A stretch of DNA of 64,000 bases, taken from contig CAJKMT010000002.1 in assembly GCA_905201055.1 (NCBI GenBank), positions 723 to 64,722 on the forward strand, in the 5' to 3' direction. Position numbers and translations under genes: made by a program. This document shows positions 40,179 to 50,365 of this stretch, piece after piece (within the stretch, counting starts at the first letter, position 1; each line of letters opens with the position of its first letter). The stretch comes from an uncultured Sutterella sp. (lineage in GTDB: Bacteria > Pseudomonadota > Gammaproteobacteria > Burkholderiales > Burkholderiaceae_F). Under the pieces are notes generated by a model. The model saw only the letters and a program-made list of their open reading frames with translations. It was not told the origin of the DNA and searched no databases.

Positions 40179-42094
40179 CTGATTTTTCCTTTCAGCCACT
40201 GGCGCCTCAAATATCTTGACGGCGCCAGTGTTTTTACGAGCGAAGGCTCTGCCGGCATCGCAGAGCCCGTCATCATTGAAGTTAAAATCTCCGCGCAAAG
40301 AGCAGACATTGATAAACCGCGCGAACCCAAGCCCGCCAGTACCCAAAGTCCCTGCTCTATCCCCTGTCCGTCATCCTCAGGCAGGTGCTGAGCGACTCGC
40401 CAAATATCAAGCCAATCCGCTTCGTTAACGGAGGCTCCCACCACGGGCAGCCGCCCGGGACCGGCAGCTCTTATTCCAAAATAGCCGCCCGTCACGACCA
40501 CAGAAGCCGCTTCAGTCAATAGGCTATCCAATTTAGCCAAATTATTTTCGTGCGCTTTTTCCTCACTCCAAGGCCCTGTTCTCTCAAGCTCGTAAGTCGC
40601 CCCCACACCGCAGTAACCGTCAGGCAAGTGGGCTATGTATCCCTCACCGCTTACGGGACAGCGCAGTGAGGTCAGGTCAGTGTCACGCAAAAGCGTAATG
40701 CGCCCTGGCAATGCTTCCAGTCCCAAATGCGGAAATTTCAGCAAACCGGAAGAAGCGTTAGCGGCGCAGACTACGACATCACCGGCCTCATCTATCACTT
40801 CACCGAATTGTCCCAGTATCTGCCACCTATCCCCGTTTTTTCGAATCTCTGCAACCTCAGTATTACCGCGGTAATAAACGCCGGAGGCTTTAATCAGAGC
40901 CCTGCAGTATGCTCCGCTTCTGACCATTCCCGCCATCGGGAAATACCACCCTCCGCGCTTTAATGGCATTGCACTGACTTCGCTTGCCTCTTGTTTTTGA
41001 AGCAGCCGACCGTACTCAGACGGCAATGCAAAAGGCTGTGAACGCTCCCGGGCCTCCTGCCAATCGGCGTAAATTTCGTCGCTATGGGCCATCTGAAGAC
41101 ACCCCATAGGTTCAAAAAGTTTTTCCGCTGTTTTTTCTTCCAATTCTTTAAGGCGCGCTTGCGAGAACAAAAAACCTTCCCGGGAAAGTTTTGAGAGAGG
41201 GCTGTCATCACGGGTAAAGTGGGGATGAAGAATTCCCCAGGACAGCGCACTGGCTGCAGCACCCGGCACCACCGATGCATCAACGACACGAACCTTGAGC
41301 CCTCGCTGGCTTAGGCTGTAGGCAAGATTAGCCCCTGTCAGTCCCGCTCCAACAATCACTACATCATTGATTTTCCGATATTCATGCTTTGTTCGCTTAG
41401 CCTTCATCACCCCGAAAAGTCTTTCGCGCTTTTTTCCAAAACCGGGCTTTTTCTGTATTTCGAATCCTGCTTCAGTTAATGCCCGTCTGACATCTCCCTT
41501 GGTGCACCAACTCGTCACCGTTGCCCCTTCTTTGGCGTAACGAGACAATGCCCGCAAAAGCGATGAATTCCACATTTGCGGATTCTTCTCAGGTCCGAAA
41601 CCGTCTAAATAAAGCGCGTCGTACTGCAGGGAAAGTTTATTCGCCAATACTTGGCTGTCGCCGAAGATCAAAATGAGTCGAACGCGACCGTTATCAAATG
41701 AAAGTGTGTGATAGCCCGGAATACAAACTGGCCACTGAGCTGCCAGTTCCTTTGCTTCTGAACGGAGTTCCTCGGCAGAATATTCTTCAATTTGTGCAGC
41801 AGAAACCGGGAAGCATTCAAGCGCTACGTATTCAAGACGTTCACTGCGGAAAGGATCTTCCCGCCAGGCCTTTAGAGTTGCTAAAAAGTTGGTTCCCAGC
41901 CCGAAACCGTTTTCCAAAACAGTAAATGTTTTTTTGTACTTCCAGCGTTGGGCTATTTCTCCCTCGGACAAAAACACGCTGCATGCCTGCCCGTAAGCGC
42001 CGCTTCGAGTCGCATAGATATCCTCAAATTGCGGAGAATAAGGTTTCCCTTCGTTGAGCTCAACCAAGGCAGGGCGAACTGTTTCAGCCGGCAT
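40175..42094 (-). CDS. mnmC: Bifunctional tRNA mnm5s2U34 enzyme MnmC
   Basis: [34 protein letters not shown] methyltransferase half; VGAGLTG and GLGSRG FAD oxidoreductase half. Confidence 0.93.
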   Translation of the reverse strand: MPAETVRPALVELNEGKPYSPQFEDIYATRSGAYGQACSVFLSEGEIAQRWKYKKTFTVLENGFGLGTNFLATLKAWREDPFRSERLEYVALECFPVSAAQIEEYSAEELRSEAKELAAQWPVCIPGYHTLSFDNGRVRLILIFGDSQVLANKLSLQYDALYLDGFGPEKNPQMWNSSLLRALSRYAKEGATVTSWCTKGDVRRALTEAGFEIQKKPGFGKKRERLFGVMKAKRTKHEYRKINDVVIVGAGLTGANLAYSLSQRGLKVRVVDASVVPGAAASALSWGILHPHFTRDDSPLSKLSREGFLFSQARLKELEEKTAEKLFEPMGCLQMAHSDEIYADWQEARERSQPFALPSEYGRLLQKQEASEVSAMPLKRGGWYFPMAGMVRSGAYCRALIKASGVYYRGNTEVAEIRKNGDRWQILGQFGEVIDEAGDVVVCAANASSGLLKFPHLGLEALPGRITLLRDTDLTSLRCPVSGEGYIAHLPDGYCGVGATYELERTGPWSEEKAHENNLAKLDSLLTEAASVVVTGGYFGIRAAGPGRLPVVGASVNEADWLDIWRVAQHLPEDDGQGIEQGLWVLAGLGSRGLSMSALCAEILTSMMTGSAMPAEPSLVKTLAPSRYLRRQWLKGKIS

Positions 42095-42267
42095 AAATAA
42101 TCCTTCAAGAAATAGTCTGTTAGGTCATTTTAAAAAAATTGCACATCTTAAAGATATGCAGAAAAACTCTCTTAACTTTTCAAAAATCAAAAGAACACCA
42201 TTGATTTATAACCGATTGTTTTTTAAAATATTTTAAAAATTTAAGATTGAAAAGTAAATTTTACATC

Positions 42268-43455
42268 ATGATTGAGAGAATCTTGAAGAAAAAGTTATTG
42301 TCTTTATCACAACAATATCCTGTTGTGACTTTAACAGGCCCTAGACAATCTGGAAAATCTACGTTACTGAAAAATACTTTTTCAGATTATCAATACGTTT
42401 CTCTCGAAGATCCTGATATGCGTGATTTCACAAAAAATGATCCAAGAGGCTTTTTTAAGACATATTCCAACAGAGTCATACTCGACGAAATACAGCGAGT
42501 GCCAACACTTTTTTCGTATTTGCAAACACATGTTGATGAAATTAACGCCTCGGGAATGTACATATTGGCCGGCTCACAAAATTTCCTTTTGATGCAGAGT
42601 ATTAATCAGTCGCTTGCCGGTCGCGCAGCTATTTTGAAACTATTACCCTTCTCTCACAAGGAACTTCAAAATGCTGATCAGTTACCTACTTCTTTAAACG
42701 AAGAAATTTTCATTGGACAATACCCTCGGCTTTTTGATAAGTCTCTCGATGTAAATGAGTACTATCTTTTCTACACAGAGACTTACGTTCAGCGCGATGT
42801 TCGTTTGCTGCAAAACATTGGAGATCTAGACGCCTTTATTCGTTTCCTAAAACTTTGCGCGGGGCGGATTGGTCAATTGATAAATTTATCTTCATTGGCA
42901 AATGATTGCGGAATTTCACTTGATACAGTGAAACGTTGGCTCTCTATTTTAGAAGCCAGCTACATTGTCTATTTCTTGAGACCATATCATCTGAAGTTCT
43001 CAAAACGCTTGGTAAAGACTCCAAAACTTTATTTTTATGACACGGGCTTAGCTTGCTCTCTTTTAGGTATTCGTTCGGCAATGGACTTGGAATCACATTT
43101 TTTACGGGGAGGACTCTTTGAAAATTTCTTAATTAACGAGTTTATTAAAAGATCCTTTAATCAAGCAATGGAACCAAATTTGAGCTTCTGGCGTAATCAC
43201 CAAGGAAGGGAAGTCGACTTAATTGATGAAGACAGCGGACTTGGCTATGAAATGAAATCAGGACAAACTTTTTCCAGCGAATTCTTCAGCAACTTGAACT
43301 ACTGGGGTAAACAATACGATATACCTGCCTCAAAACGAATTTGTGTGTATGGAGGCTCTCGTTCGTTCAATACCTCTGATGGGGAGGCGATTGGCTGGAA
43401 AACTTTCTTGGAAGAGAAATTAACTGCAAACCAATTAAATTTCTACAAAATTTAA
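42268..43455 (+). CDS. AAA_14 ATPase with DUF4143 / PD-(D/E)XK-like C-terminus
   Basis: GPRQSGKST, LDEIQR, AGSQ, SLAGR, KTPKLYFYDTGL, EVDL...EMKS; AT-rich relative to flanks. Confidence 0.88.
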   Translation: MIERILKKKLLSLSQQYPVVTLTGPRQSGKSTLLKNTFSDYQYVSLEDPDMRDFTKNDPRGFFKTYSNRVILDEIQRVPTLFSYLQTHVDEINASGMYILAGSQNFLLMQSINQSLAGRAAILKLLPFSHKELQNADQLPTSLNEEIFIGQYPRLFDKSLDVNEYYLFYTETYVQRDVRLLQNIGDLDAFIRFLKLCAGRIGQLINLSSLANDCGISLDTVKRWLSILEASYIVYFLRPYHLKFSKRLVKTPKLYFYDTGLACSLLGIRSAMDLESHFLRGGLFENFLINEFIKRSFNQAMEPNLSFWRNHQGREVDLIDEDSGLGYEMKSGQTFSSEFFSNLNYWGKQYDIPASKRICVYGGSRSFNTSDGEAIGWKTFLEEKLTANQLNFYKI

Positions 43456-43474
43456 TCTCCGCGTTAACCTGGGT

Positions 43475-43517
43475 AAAAAAAAACGGCACCGGATTTTCTC
43501 CTTGTGCCGTTTCTTTT
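43475..43517. terminator. Bidirectional terminator
   Basis: A-run-CGGCAC...GTGCCG-TTTCTTTT. Confidence 0.75.
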
Positions 43518-43527
43518 ATGGCTAAGA

Positions 43528-45192
43528 TCAGTGCTTTAACGGTTTAAAGCGCAGACGGTGCGGTCTGGCCGCCTCTTCACCCAAACGCTTGCGCTTATCA
43601 GCCTCGTATTCCGTGTAGTTTCCGTCAAAGAAAACAACTTTGGAATCGCCTTCAAAAGCCAAAATATGCGTGGCAATACGGTCAAGGAACCAACGGTCGT
43701 GCGAGGTGACCATGGCGCAGCCGGCAAATTCAAGCAGCGCGTCTTCCAAGGCGCGAAGCGTTTCCACATCGAGGTCATTGGACGGTTCGTCAAGCAACAA
43801 GACGTTGCCGCCTGCCAACAGGGTCTTTGCCAGATGCAAACGACCGCGTTCGCCGCCCGAAAGCGTACCCACGAGTTTTTGCTGGTCGCCCCCCTTAAAG
43901 TTAAAGCGGCCGAGATAGGCGCGAGAGGGCATTTGGAACTTGCCGACTTGCAAAATGTCCTGACCGTCGCTCACGGCTTCCCAGGCAGTCTTGTCATTGG
44001 GCAGAGAATCACGCATCTGATCAACGGCGCTGATTTTGACCGTTTGACCGATTTCGATTTCGCCGCTGTCGGGCTGCTCCTTACCCAAAATCATCTTAAA
44101 GAGCGTGGACTTACCGGCACCGTTGGGACCGATCACGCCCACAATGGCTCCGGGCGGGATCTTGAAACTCAAGTCGTCAATTAACAGACGGTCTCCGAAG
44201 CCTTTGCTCACGTGCTTAAACTCAATCACGTTATTGCCCAGGCGTTCAGCCACCGGAATGAAAATTTCGTTGGTTTCGTTACGGGCTTGGTATTCGTAGC
44301 TCGACATTTCTTCAAAGCGGCTCAAGCGGGCTTTGCTCTTAGCCTGACGGCCCTTGGCATTTTGGCGCACCCATTCCAATTCATGCTTGATCGCCTTCAT
44401 GCGGGCGTCTTCCTGACGCTTTTCAATTTCAAGGCGCTTTTCTTTCTGATCAAGCCAGGAAGAATAGTTCCCCTTCCAGGGAATGCCTTCGCCGCGGTCC
44501 AACTCCAAAATCCATTCGGCCGCATTATCAAGGAAGTAACGGTCGTGAGTGACTGCCACCACGGTGCCGGGGAATCGATGCAGGAACTGTTCCAACCACT
44601 CCACGCTTTCGGCATCCAAGTGATTGGTCGGTTCGTCCAATAAAAGCATGTCGGGCTGAGACAAAAGCAACCGGCAGAGCGCCACACGACGCTTTTCGCC
44701 GCCCGAGAGGTGCTCAATCTTTGCTTCCCAGGGCGGCAGGCGCAGTGCGTCGGCTGCAATTTCCATTTGCGTTTCCGCATTGGTGCCGGCGGCATTGATA
44801 ATGGCTTCAAGTTTGGCCTGCTCGGCAGCCAAAGCATCAAAGTCCGCATCAGGATCGGCATAGGCCGCATACACCTCATCGAGCCGCTTTTGGGCATCGA
44901 GAATTTCGCTTAAACCCTCCTCTACAGCCTCTCTGACGGTGTGATTGGGATCGAGCTTGGGCTCTTGGGGCAAGTACCCGATCTTGATGCCGGGCATCGG
45001 AAGGGCTTCGCCTTCAATATCCGTATCCACCCCTGCCATAATTTTGAGTAAGGTTGATTTACCCGCGCCGTTTAAACCCAACACACCGATTTTTGCGCCA
45101 GGGAAAAAGGACAGGGAAATATCTTTCAAAATTTGCCGCTTCGGCGGAACAATCTTGCCGACGCGGTTCATCGTAAATACGTACTGTGCCAT
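43528..45192 (-). CDS. ettA: Energy-dependent translational throttle ABC-F protein
   Basis: MAQYVFTMNRVGKIVPPKRQILKDISLSFFPGAKIG; two ABC domains and no TM. Confidence 0.96.
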   Translation of the reverse strand: MAQYVFTMNRVGKIVPPKRQILKDISLSFFPGAKIGVLGLNGAGKSTLLKIMAGVDTDIEGEALPMPGIKIGYLPQEPKLDPNHTVREAVEEGLSEILDAQKRLDEVYAAYADPDADFDALAAEQAKLEAIINAAGTNAETQMEIAADALRLPPWEAKIEHLSGGEKRRVALCRLLLSQPDMLLLDEPTNHLDAESVEWLEQFLHRFPGTVVAVTHDRYFLDNAAEWILELDRGEGIPWKGNYSSWLDQKEKRLEIEKRQEDARMKAIKHELEWVRQNAKGRQAKSKARLSRFEEMSSYEYQARNETNEIFIPVAERLGNNVIEFKHVSKGFGDRLLIDDLSFKIPPGAIVGVIGPNGAGKSTLFKMILGKEQPDSGEIEIGQTVKISAVDQMRDSLPNDKTAWEAVSDGQDILQVGKFQMPSRAYLGRFNFKGGDQQKLVGTLSGGERGRLHLAKTLLAGGNVLLLDEPSNDLDVETLRALEDALLEFAGCAMVTSHDRWFLDRIATHILAFEGDSKVVFFDGNYTEYEADKRKRLGEEAARPHRLRFKPLKH

Positions 45193-45219
45193 AACGGTAC
45201 CGATACCTATAAGAAAAGT

Positions 45220-45248
45220 AAAAAAAGGCAGCCTGAAAAAGGTTGCCT
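45220..45248 (-). terminator. Terminator upstream of ettA
   Basis: Minus strand AGGCAACCT-ttttc-AGGCTGCCT followed by a U-run. Confidence 0.7.
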
Positions 45249-45256
45249 AACGAAAT

Positions 45257-45934
45257 TTAATAAGAACGCTTCTTTCGGGCGTGGCGGCGCTTACGCGTGC
45301 CGAAATAGCCCTCAAAAACCCACTTTCGCCGCCAGCGAAGCGCCTCTTCATAAAGAGCCTCGCGCTCAGCGCCCATGGTCTCCGGCTGCCATTCCTTCCA
45401 CTTTTTGTAGACACCGCTCATGTCAACGAGTTCCACAACACGGCGCCACGAGGCAGGCATCCAGCCTGTGGTGAGCGCTGCCTGAAAGTCGATCAAAAGG
45501 GGCTTGCCTTCGGGAGAAACCAACCAATTGCCCGTGCCGCGCGTATCCAAATGCACAACTCCATGATCGTGCACATTTTGCAAAAGTGCCTCCATGTCGG
45601 CTAAATACTGCGTGCTGATGTCCTTAGGATCAGTTTTAGCCAAACGGGCACCCGGCAAAAACTCAATGGCAACCGCATGGCGGTCGATTCTGAACGAGTC
45701 GCTTGCCACGCCATCGATACCCTTGAGTTTTTGGAGAATTTTGAATTCATGCCCCAAGAGAAAAGGCGCCAAAAAAGTTCTCACCCACCAATTGCGCGGC
45801 GCGAAATCCTTCACGGTCCACTGCCGCCCCTGCCAGGTCACACACGTCACACGGGCATTGGCCGCTCTGCCGTCACGCAAAAGCTTCGTGGGCAGGCTCG
45901 CCATTTCTTCGCGGGTAAAACCTTTAATGGTCAT
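45257..45934 (-). CDS. Protein-kinase-like fold protein (RIO1/Kdo-kinase-like)
   Basis: VKDF lysine, E helix, VHLDTRGTGN catalytic loop, LIDF. Confidence 0.75.
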   Translation of the reverse strand: MTIKGFTREEMASLPTKLLRDGRAANARVTCVTWQGRQWTVKDFAPRNWWVRTFLAPFLLGHEFKILQKLKGIDGVASDSFRIDRHAVAIEFLPGARLAKTDPKDISTQYLADMEALLQNVHDHGVVHLDTRGTGNWLVSPEGKPLLIDFQAALTTGWMPASWRRVVELVDMSGVYKKWKEWQPETMGAEREALYEEALRWRRKWVFEGYFGTRKRRHARKKRSY

Positions 45935-45952
45935 GAGTTCTCAATCCATGAA

Positions 45953-46330
45953 TTAAGGCATTTGAATTTTGCTGGCTGCCGCTGCGAAACCAGCATCGCC
46001 CGGCGTCACAATCTTGCTGGCTGCTTCTCGGCGCATCTCTTCGAGCTTGGCAATCGTTTCCTGAACGCCGGCCTTAGCAGCTTCCCCATAACCCTTAACA
46101 GCTTCTTCAAGCGTTGCGGCGTTGATCTTGAAGGAAATGGGTAAAGGCCCCATTTGCGTCATGATCTGCGTCTCGCCCATGTAAACGACTTCACGTGTTA
46201 AGTCACGCGTGCCTTCAAGTGTGACCGGCGTAAGCACACGAATAGAACCGATCTTGCGATCAGTAATGACTTCTTCACGCACCAGGGTATTGACATCCAT
46301 TTGAACATCCATTTGGTCGAGGTCTGCCAT
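45953..46330 (-). CDS. Conserved hypothetical protein
   Basis: ATG with AAAGGA SD, biased codon usage, co-oriented with the kinase gene (18 nt gap). Confidence 0.7.
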   Translation of the reverse strand: MADLDQMDVQMDVNTLVREEVITDRKIGSIRVLTPVTLEGTRDLTREVVYMGETQIMTQMGPLPISFKINAATLEEAVKGYGEAAKAGVQETIAKLEEMRREAASKIVTPGDAGFAAAASKIQMP

Positions 46331-46448
46331 CTCTACAATCCTTTCAAAAACAAACCTCGTGCCGTCCGTCTCTCACAGACAACGCACGAGGTTATTTCCA
46401 GCTGAAATAACGGTACCTAATTGTACCGATTTTGGCTGAATTGTCCGA

Positions 46449-46883
46449 TTAGCGATAAACCATCACCGGCACTTTGGAGTGCGTGAGCACCTTCTGAGTT
46501 TCGCTGCCCAAAAGCACCGCTGCCAAGCCCTTGCGGCCGTGGCTTGCCATGAAAATCAGATCACATCCCAACTCTTCACACACATCCATAATGGCTTCCG
46601 AGGGGGAGAAGCTCTTCTTTGAGCAGATAGTGGCATCAACCCCGACTTTATCGAAGTAGTCACGAGCCTTTTCCAAGCGCTCTTTTGCCTGATCCTTCAC
46701 GCGCTGATCATACTGCTCAATGCTTTCAGGGCGATATTCACTTAAGTTGGTATAGGAATACGGTTCAATAACCGTCAGCACGTACACCTTCGCACCAAGC
46801 GCGTGAGCAAAAGAAGCGGCGCCTGCCACAGCCATGTAAGACAATTCGGTGCCGTCAATCGGAACAAGAATCTTTTTATACAT
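46449..46883 (-). CDS. Universal stress protein
   Basis: MYKKILVPIDG, DLIFMASHGRKG, LGSETQKVL. Confidence 0.92.
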   Translation of the reverse strand: MYKKILVPIDGTELSYMAVAGAASFAHALGAKVYVLTVIEPYSYTNLSEYRPESIEQYDQRVKDQAKERLEKARDYFDKVGVDATICSKKSFSPSEAIMDVCEELGCDLIFMASHGRKGLAAVLLGSETQKVLTHSKVPVMVYR

Positions 46884-46994
46884 ACAGTCTCCAAGCACAT
46901 CCATGCGTACTCTTTCTGTTTTTAGTGTAAGCGTTTTTTCTTGAAAAAAGTTTGCGATTAGTCAGTTAGGCACACATTGAATGATCGTTCAGTA

Positions 46995-47750
46995 TTAGAT
47001 TGTTTTTCGCAACTTTTTGTCAATTAATTTAAGCACACAACTTTGCGCAAGCCGCATGGCAAAAGTCGCCGTTACAGCCATGAAAACGCCGAACCCCTCT
47101 GCACCGTCCTGACTGGGAAGAACAGCTTCGTCGCTATAAACCGCCTCAATGCCGAAAGGCTTGGATTTTGCCCCGTTGGCGCTGCCCGCTGGAAAACCAT
47201 ACTCTTTACGAAGTCTTGATCTCATGGCGGCAATCAATGAATCGCCCTTGGCGTATGCAATATCGCTCACAGCCACTCGCGATGCATCACACTTTCCGCC
47301 TGCGCCGCCGCTCGTCAACACATAGTCTGCTTTGTTTTTTCCTCGAGCAACAAGCATGGTTTTAGCCGTCAGTGAATCAATGCAGTCAATGAGAACATCG
47401 CAGGAAGGGACAATTTCATCAAAATTGTCAGCACTCACAAAACGATCAATGGCGATGATTTCTGCATGAGGGTTGATAGCGCGAAGACGAGACGCCAAAA
47501 CATCAACTTTTTTTAAGCCGTAGGTGCCGTTAATTGCCGGCAACTGTCGGTTGGTATTACTCTCTTCAACCGTATCGCCGTCGATCAATGTAATTTTTCC
47601 GATTGCGGTACGGGTGAGGGCCTCCGCTACCCAACTGCCCACGCCGCCCACACCGACAACAGTGACGTGCGAGTGAGTCAAGATTTCAAAACCGTCTTTT
47701 CCAAAGAGGCGGCTGATGCCGCCAAAGCGTCTTGTATCTGCTGTATTCAT
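46995..47750 (-). CDS. tcdA: tRNA threonylcarbamoyladenosine dehydratase
   Basis: RRFGGISRLFG, VGVGGVGSW, SNTNRQ, DCID, GGAGG; start ATG 47750. Confidence 0.9.
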   Translation of the reverse strand: MNTADTRRFGGISRLFGKDGFEILTHSHVTVVGVGGVGSWVAEALTRTAIGKITLIDGDTVEESNTNRQLPAINGTYGLKKVDVLASRLRAINPHAEIIAIDRFVSADNFDEIVPSCDVLIDCIDSLTAKTMLVARGKNKADYVLTSGGAGGKCDASRVAVSDIAYAKGDSLIAAMRSRLRKEYGFPAGSANGAKSKPFGIEAVYSDEAVLPSQDGAEGFGVFMAVTATFAMRLAQSCVLKLIDKKLRKTI

Positions 47751-47964
47751 TTTTTGATTGACAAAAAGCACAATATGGATTGTAAAGGCTAGCGCTTCGC
47801 ACCAAATGGCGCTAAAGTGATTGTAAGGAGATCTGAGAGTAATTTTGTTCTCCGGTTTGCTTGCTCGCAAGCCTCAAGAGGCTTGGGTCGGAGTGTTCGG
47901 CGGTGTGGGTCTTTGCCGCACACGGTCGAACGGCTGTTTTTCCATTCTTACAAAAGGATGTTTT

Positions 47965-48864
47965 ATGAAAATCCTTATCCCCGTAGACGGTAGTGTTTAT
48001 AGTGACAACGCTGTGGCATTCGTTGCCAGCCGTACGACTTTGATCGGTCATGAACCGCATATCGTTTTGTTGAACGTACAGGCTCCTTTGCCCGCCCGTG
48101 CAAGCCGTCTCGTTAGCCGCGAAGCGCTCGATGACTACTACAAGGACGAAAGCGAAAAGGCCTTCAAACCTGCCCGCAAGATTTTAAAGAAAGCCAAGAT
48201 GGCTGCTGAAGAAATCGCCAAGGTCGGCACCCCCGCAGAAGAAATCGCCAAGGTTGCCGAAGAAATGAAGGCTGACCTCTTGATCATGGGTTCTCACGGC
48301 CGCTCCGCCTTGAAGGGCTTACTCTTCGGTTCTGTGACCAACGCCGTACTCGCTTTAACGAAGGTGCCTCTTTTGATGCTTCGCGACAAGGAAGCACCGA
48401 CCACCGACGCATTGAACGTGGGTATCGCTGTTGACGGTTCCAAGTACGGTACGACTGCTGTCAAGTATGCGATTAAACAAATGGACCTCTTTGGCGGCAC
48501 AGCAGCCAAGATCCATTTGATCAATACGGTAAGCGACTACGCCGGTGCCGTCATGCCTGACATGACCGGTATGGCATTGCCTGCCTTGTCTGAAGACGAA
48601 GTGGTTGAACTGCAAAAGAGCGAATTTGCCGAAGCCATTGACCCGGTATTGCCGCTCTTTGAAAAGGCCGGTGTCAAGCCGAAGGAAGTTTGCCTTGTCG
48701 GTAACCCCGGTGACGAAATTGCCGCTTACTGCAAGAAGCGTCACCTCGATATCCTGGTGATGGGTTCTCACGGTTACGGTCGCTTCAAGGCCGCCGTGAT
48801 GGGTTCCACGGCCACGCGTATTGCCTCTATCGCCGATGTGCCGCTGTTGATTATCCGTAAGTAA
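47965..48864 (+). CDS. Tandem-domain universal stress protein
   Basis: Two Usp domains (PVDGS...MGSHGRS; AVDGS...MGSHGYG); ATG 47965 after AAAGGA. Confidence 0.92.
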   Translation: MKILIPVDGSVYSDNAVAFVASRTTLIGHEPHIVLLNVQAPLPARASRLVSREALDDYYKDESEKAFKPARKILKKAKMAAEEIAKVGTPAEEIAKVAEEMKADLLIMGSHGRSALKGLLFGSVTNAVLALTKVPLLMLRDKEAPTTDALNVGIAVDGSKYGTTAVKYAIKQMDLFGGTAAKIHLINTVSDYAGAVMPDMTGMALPALSEDEVVELQKSEFAEAIDPVLPLFEKAGVKPKEVCLVGNPGDEIAAYCKKRHLDILVMGSHGYGRFKAAVMGSTATRIASIADVPLLIIRK

Positions 48865-48957
48865 TCACTAAAAGCACGAGCGTTATTGCGTTCGGCGTGT
48901 GAACAAGCCACGGTGGCTGTCAACCGCTGTGGCTTTGCTTTATTAACGGAAAAGCAA

Positions 48958-50181
48958 ATGTCAGCCACCATCGTTAAGATTATTTTGCTCACGGTCGTTG
49001 TACAGATCGGCTGTGTCTCCAGCCGCGTGAGCTGTTCTCTTGACGGCCTTTATGAAAATGCCACTGCCTTGGAAGTCGGCATCATGATGGCACTCTTTGC
49101 TTTTGTCCCGGCTCTTTTTGCCATTCGCTCCGGTCAGTGGATCGATTCGGTTGGACCTAAAAAACCGGTTCTCACCGGCATCTGCGTGATGATCGTTGCG
49201 GTGAGTTTGCCGATTGTCTTTGAGGTCAAAACATTCGGGCTCTGGCCCCTTTATGCCGCCTGCATGATTAACGGCTTGGGATTCATGCTGGTGCAGATGA
49301 CCAATCAGCAATTGGTGGGCCACCTCTCTGAAGCCGCCAACCGCACCAATAACTTTGCATTCCTTGCAATGGGTTATTCTGCCGCCAATTTAAGCGCCCC
49401 GATTGCCAGCGGCTACCTGATTGATCATCTGAACTTTCAGAGTGCCTACATCATGTCACTGGCATCCGTGGTGCTCGGACTGCTTGTTTTTCTCTCGCTC
49501 ATCCGACCGAAACTCCCCGACTCATGGAACCGTCCGAAAGTCATCAAAAAGAAAGGCAGTTTTGAATTGATGGGGATTCCCCACGTCAGAAATGTGCTGA
49601 TTGCAAGCTCCTTTATGTCCATGGCGTGGGATTTGCAAAGTTTCATGATTCCGGTCTACGGCACAGAAATCGGATTAAGCGCCAGCGAGGTCGGTTGGGT
49701 TCTCGGTGTTTTTGCCGCGGCCACATTCTTTGTGCGCCTCTTTATGCCAATCATTTCAAGGCACCTGACCGAATGGCAAACCATCACCTGCGCCTTTGCT
49801 TTGGGAGCCCTGTCCTACGCGCTCTTTCCGCTTTTCAAAAACTTTTTCATGTTAGCGGCAGTCGCATTCCTGCTTGGTATGGCCCTGGGCTCCTCGCAGC
49901 CCAACGTGATGAGCCTCATTCACACCGAATCACCTCCGGGGCGCACCGGTGAAGCGCTGGGGCTTCGCACCATGCTCATTAATCTCTGCCACACCACGCT
50001 TCCGATTATTTTCGGCGCCGCAGGCAGCGTCATTGGCGCAGGTTCTGTTTTTTATGTCGTCGCCGGTCTCATGGGCGGGGTCTCCGTGTTTACCTCCCGC
50101 TGTCAAAAACAATCAACCAGTCGGGCTTCTCGCAGAGTTGTTGAAGAATTGGAACAAGAGCGCGGTCACAAAAAGCAATAG
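48958..50181 (+). CDS. MFS transporter
   Basis: About 12 TM; GQWIDSVGPK motif-A-like; GEALGLR. Confidence 0.85.
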   Translation: MSATIVKIILLTVVVQIGCVSSRVSCSLDGLYENATALEVGIMMALFAFVPALFAIRSGQWIDSVGPKKPVLTGICVMIVAVSLPIVFEVKTFGLWPLYAACMINGLGFMLVQMTNQQLVGHLSEAANRTNNFAFLAMGYSAANLSAPIASGYLIDHLNFQSAYIMSLASVVLGLLVFLSLIRPKLPDSWNRPKVIKKKGSFELMGIPHVRNVLIASSFMSMAWDLQSFMIPVYGTEIGLSASEVGWVLGVFAAATFFVRLFMPIISRHLTEWQTITCAFALGALSYALFPLFKNFFMLAAVAFLLGMALGSSQPNVMSLIHTESPPGRTGEALGLRTMLINLCHTTLPIIFGAAGSVIGAGSVFYVVAGLMGGVSVFTSRCQKQSTSRASRRVVEELEQERGHKKQ

Positions 50182-50365
50182 TCGCCGCACTTCAAACTTT
50201 TCTCTCGTGCGCAAAATTAGCATTCCTTTATAAGGCTTACGCCTTATTTTCCCTTGATTTTGCTTGGAAAATACTGATTTTTACCTATCACTTCAGAGGC
50301 GCTTCTACTGCAAAATAAACATAAGGCTTGGTAACACAAGTCTATGTAAGCAAAGGAAGATCGTT

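Noticed and set aside
45226..45237. AGGCAGCCTGAA, resembling a Neisseriaceae DNA uptake sequence variant
   Set aside because: Only one copy noticed, and it is explained as a terminator arm.
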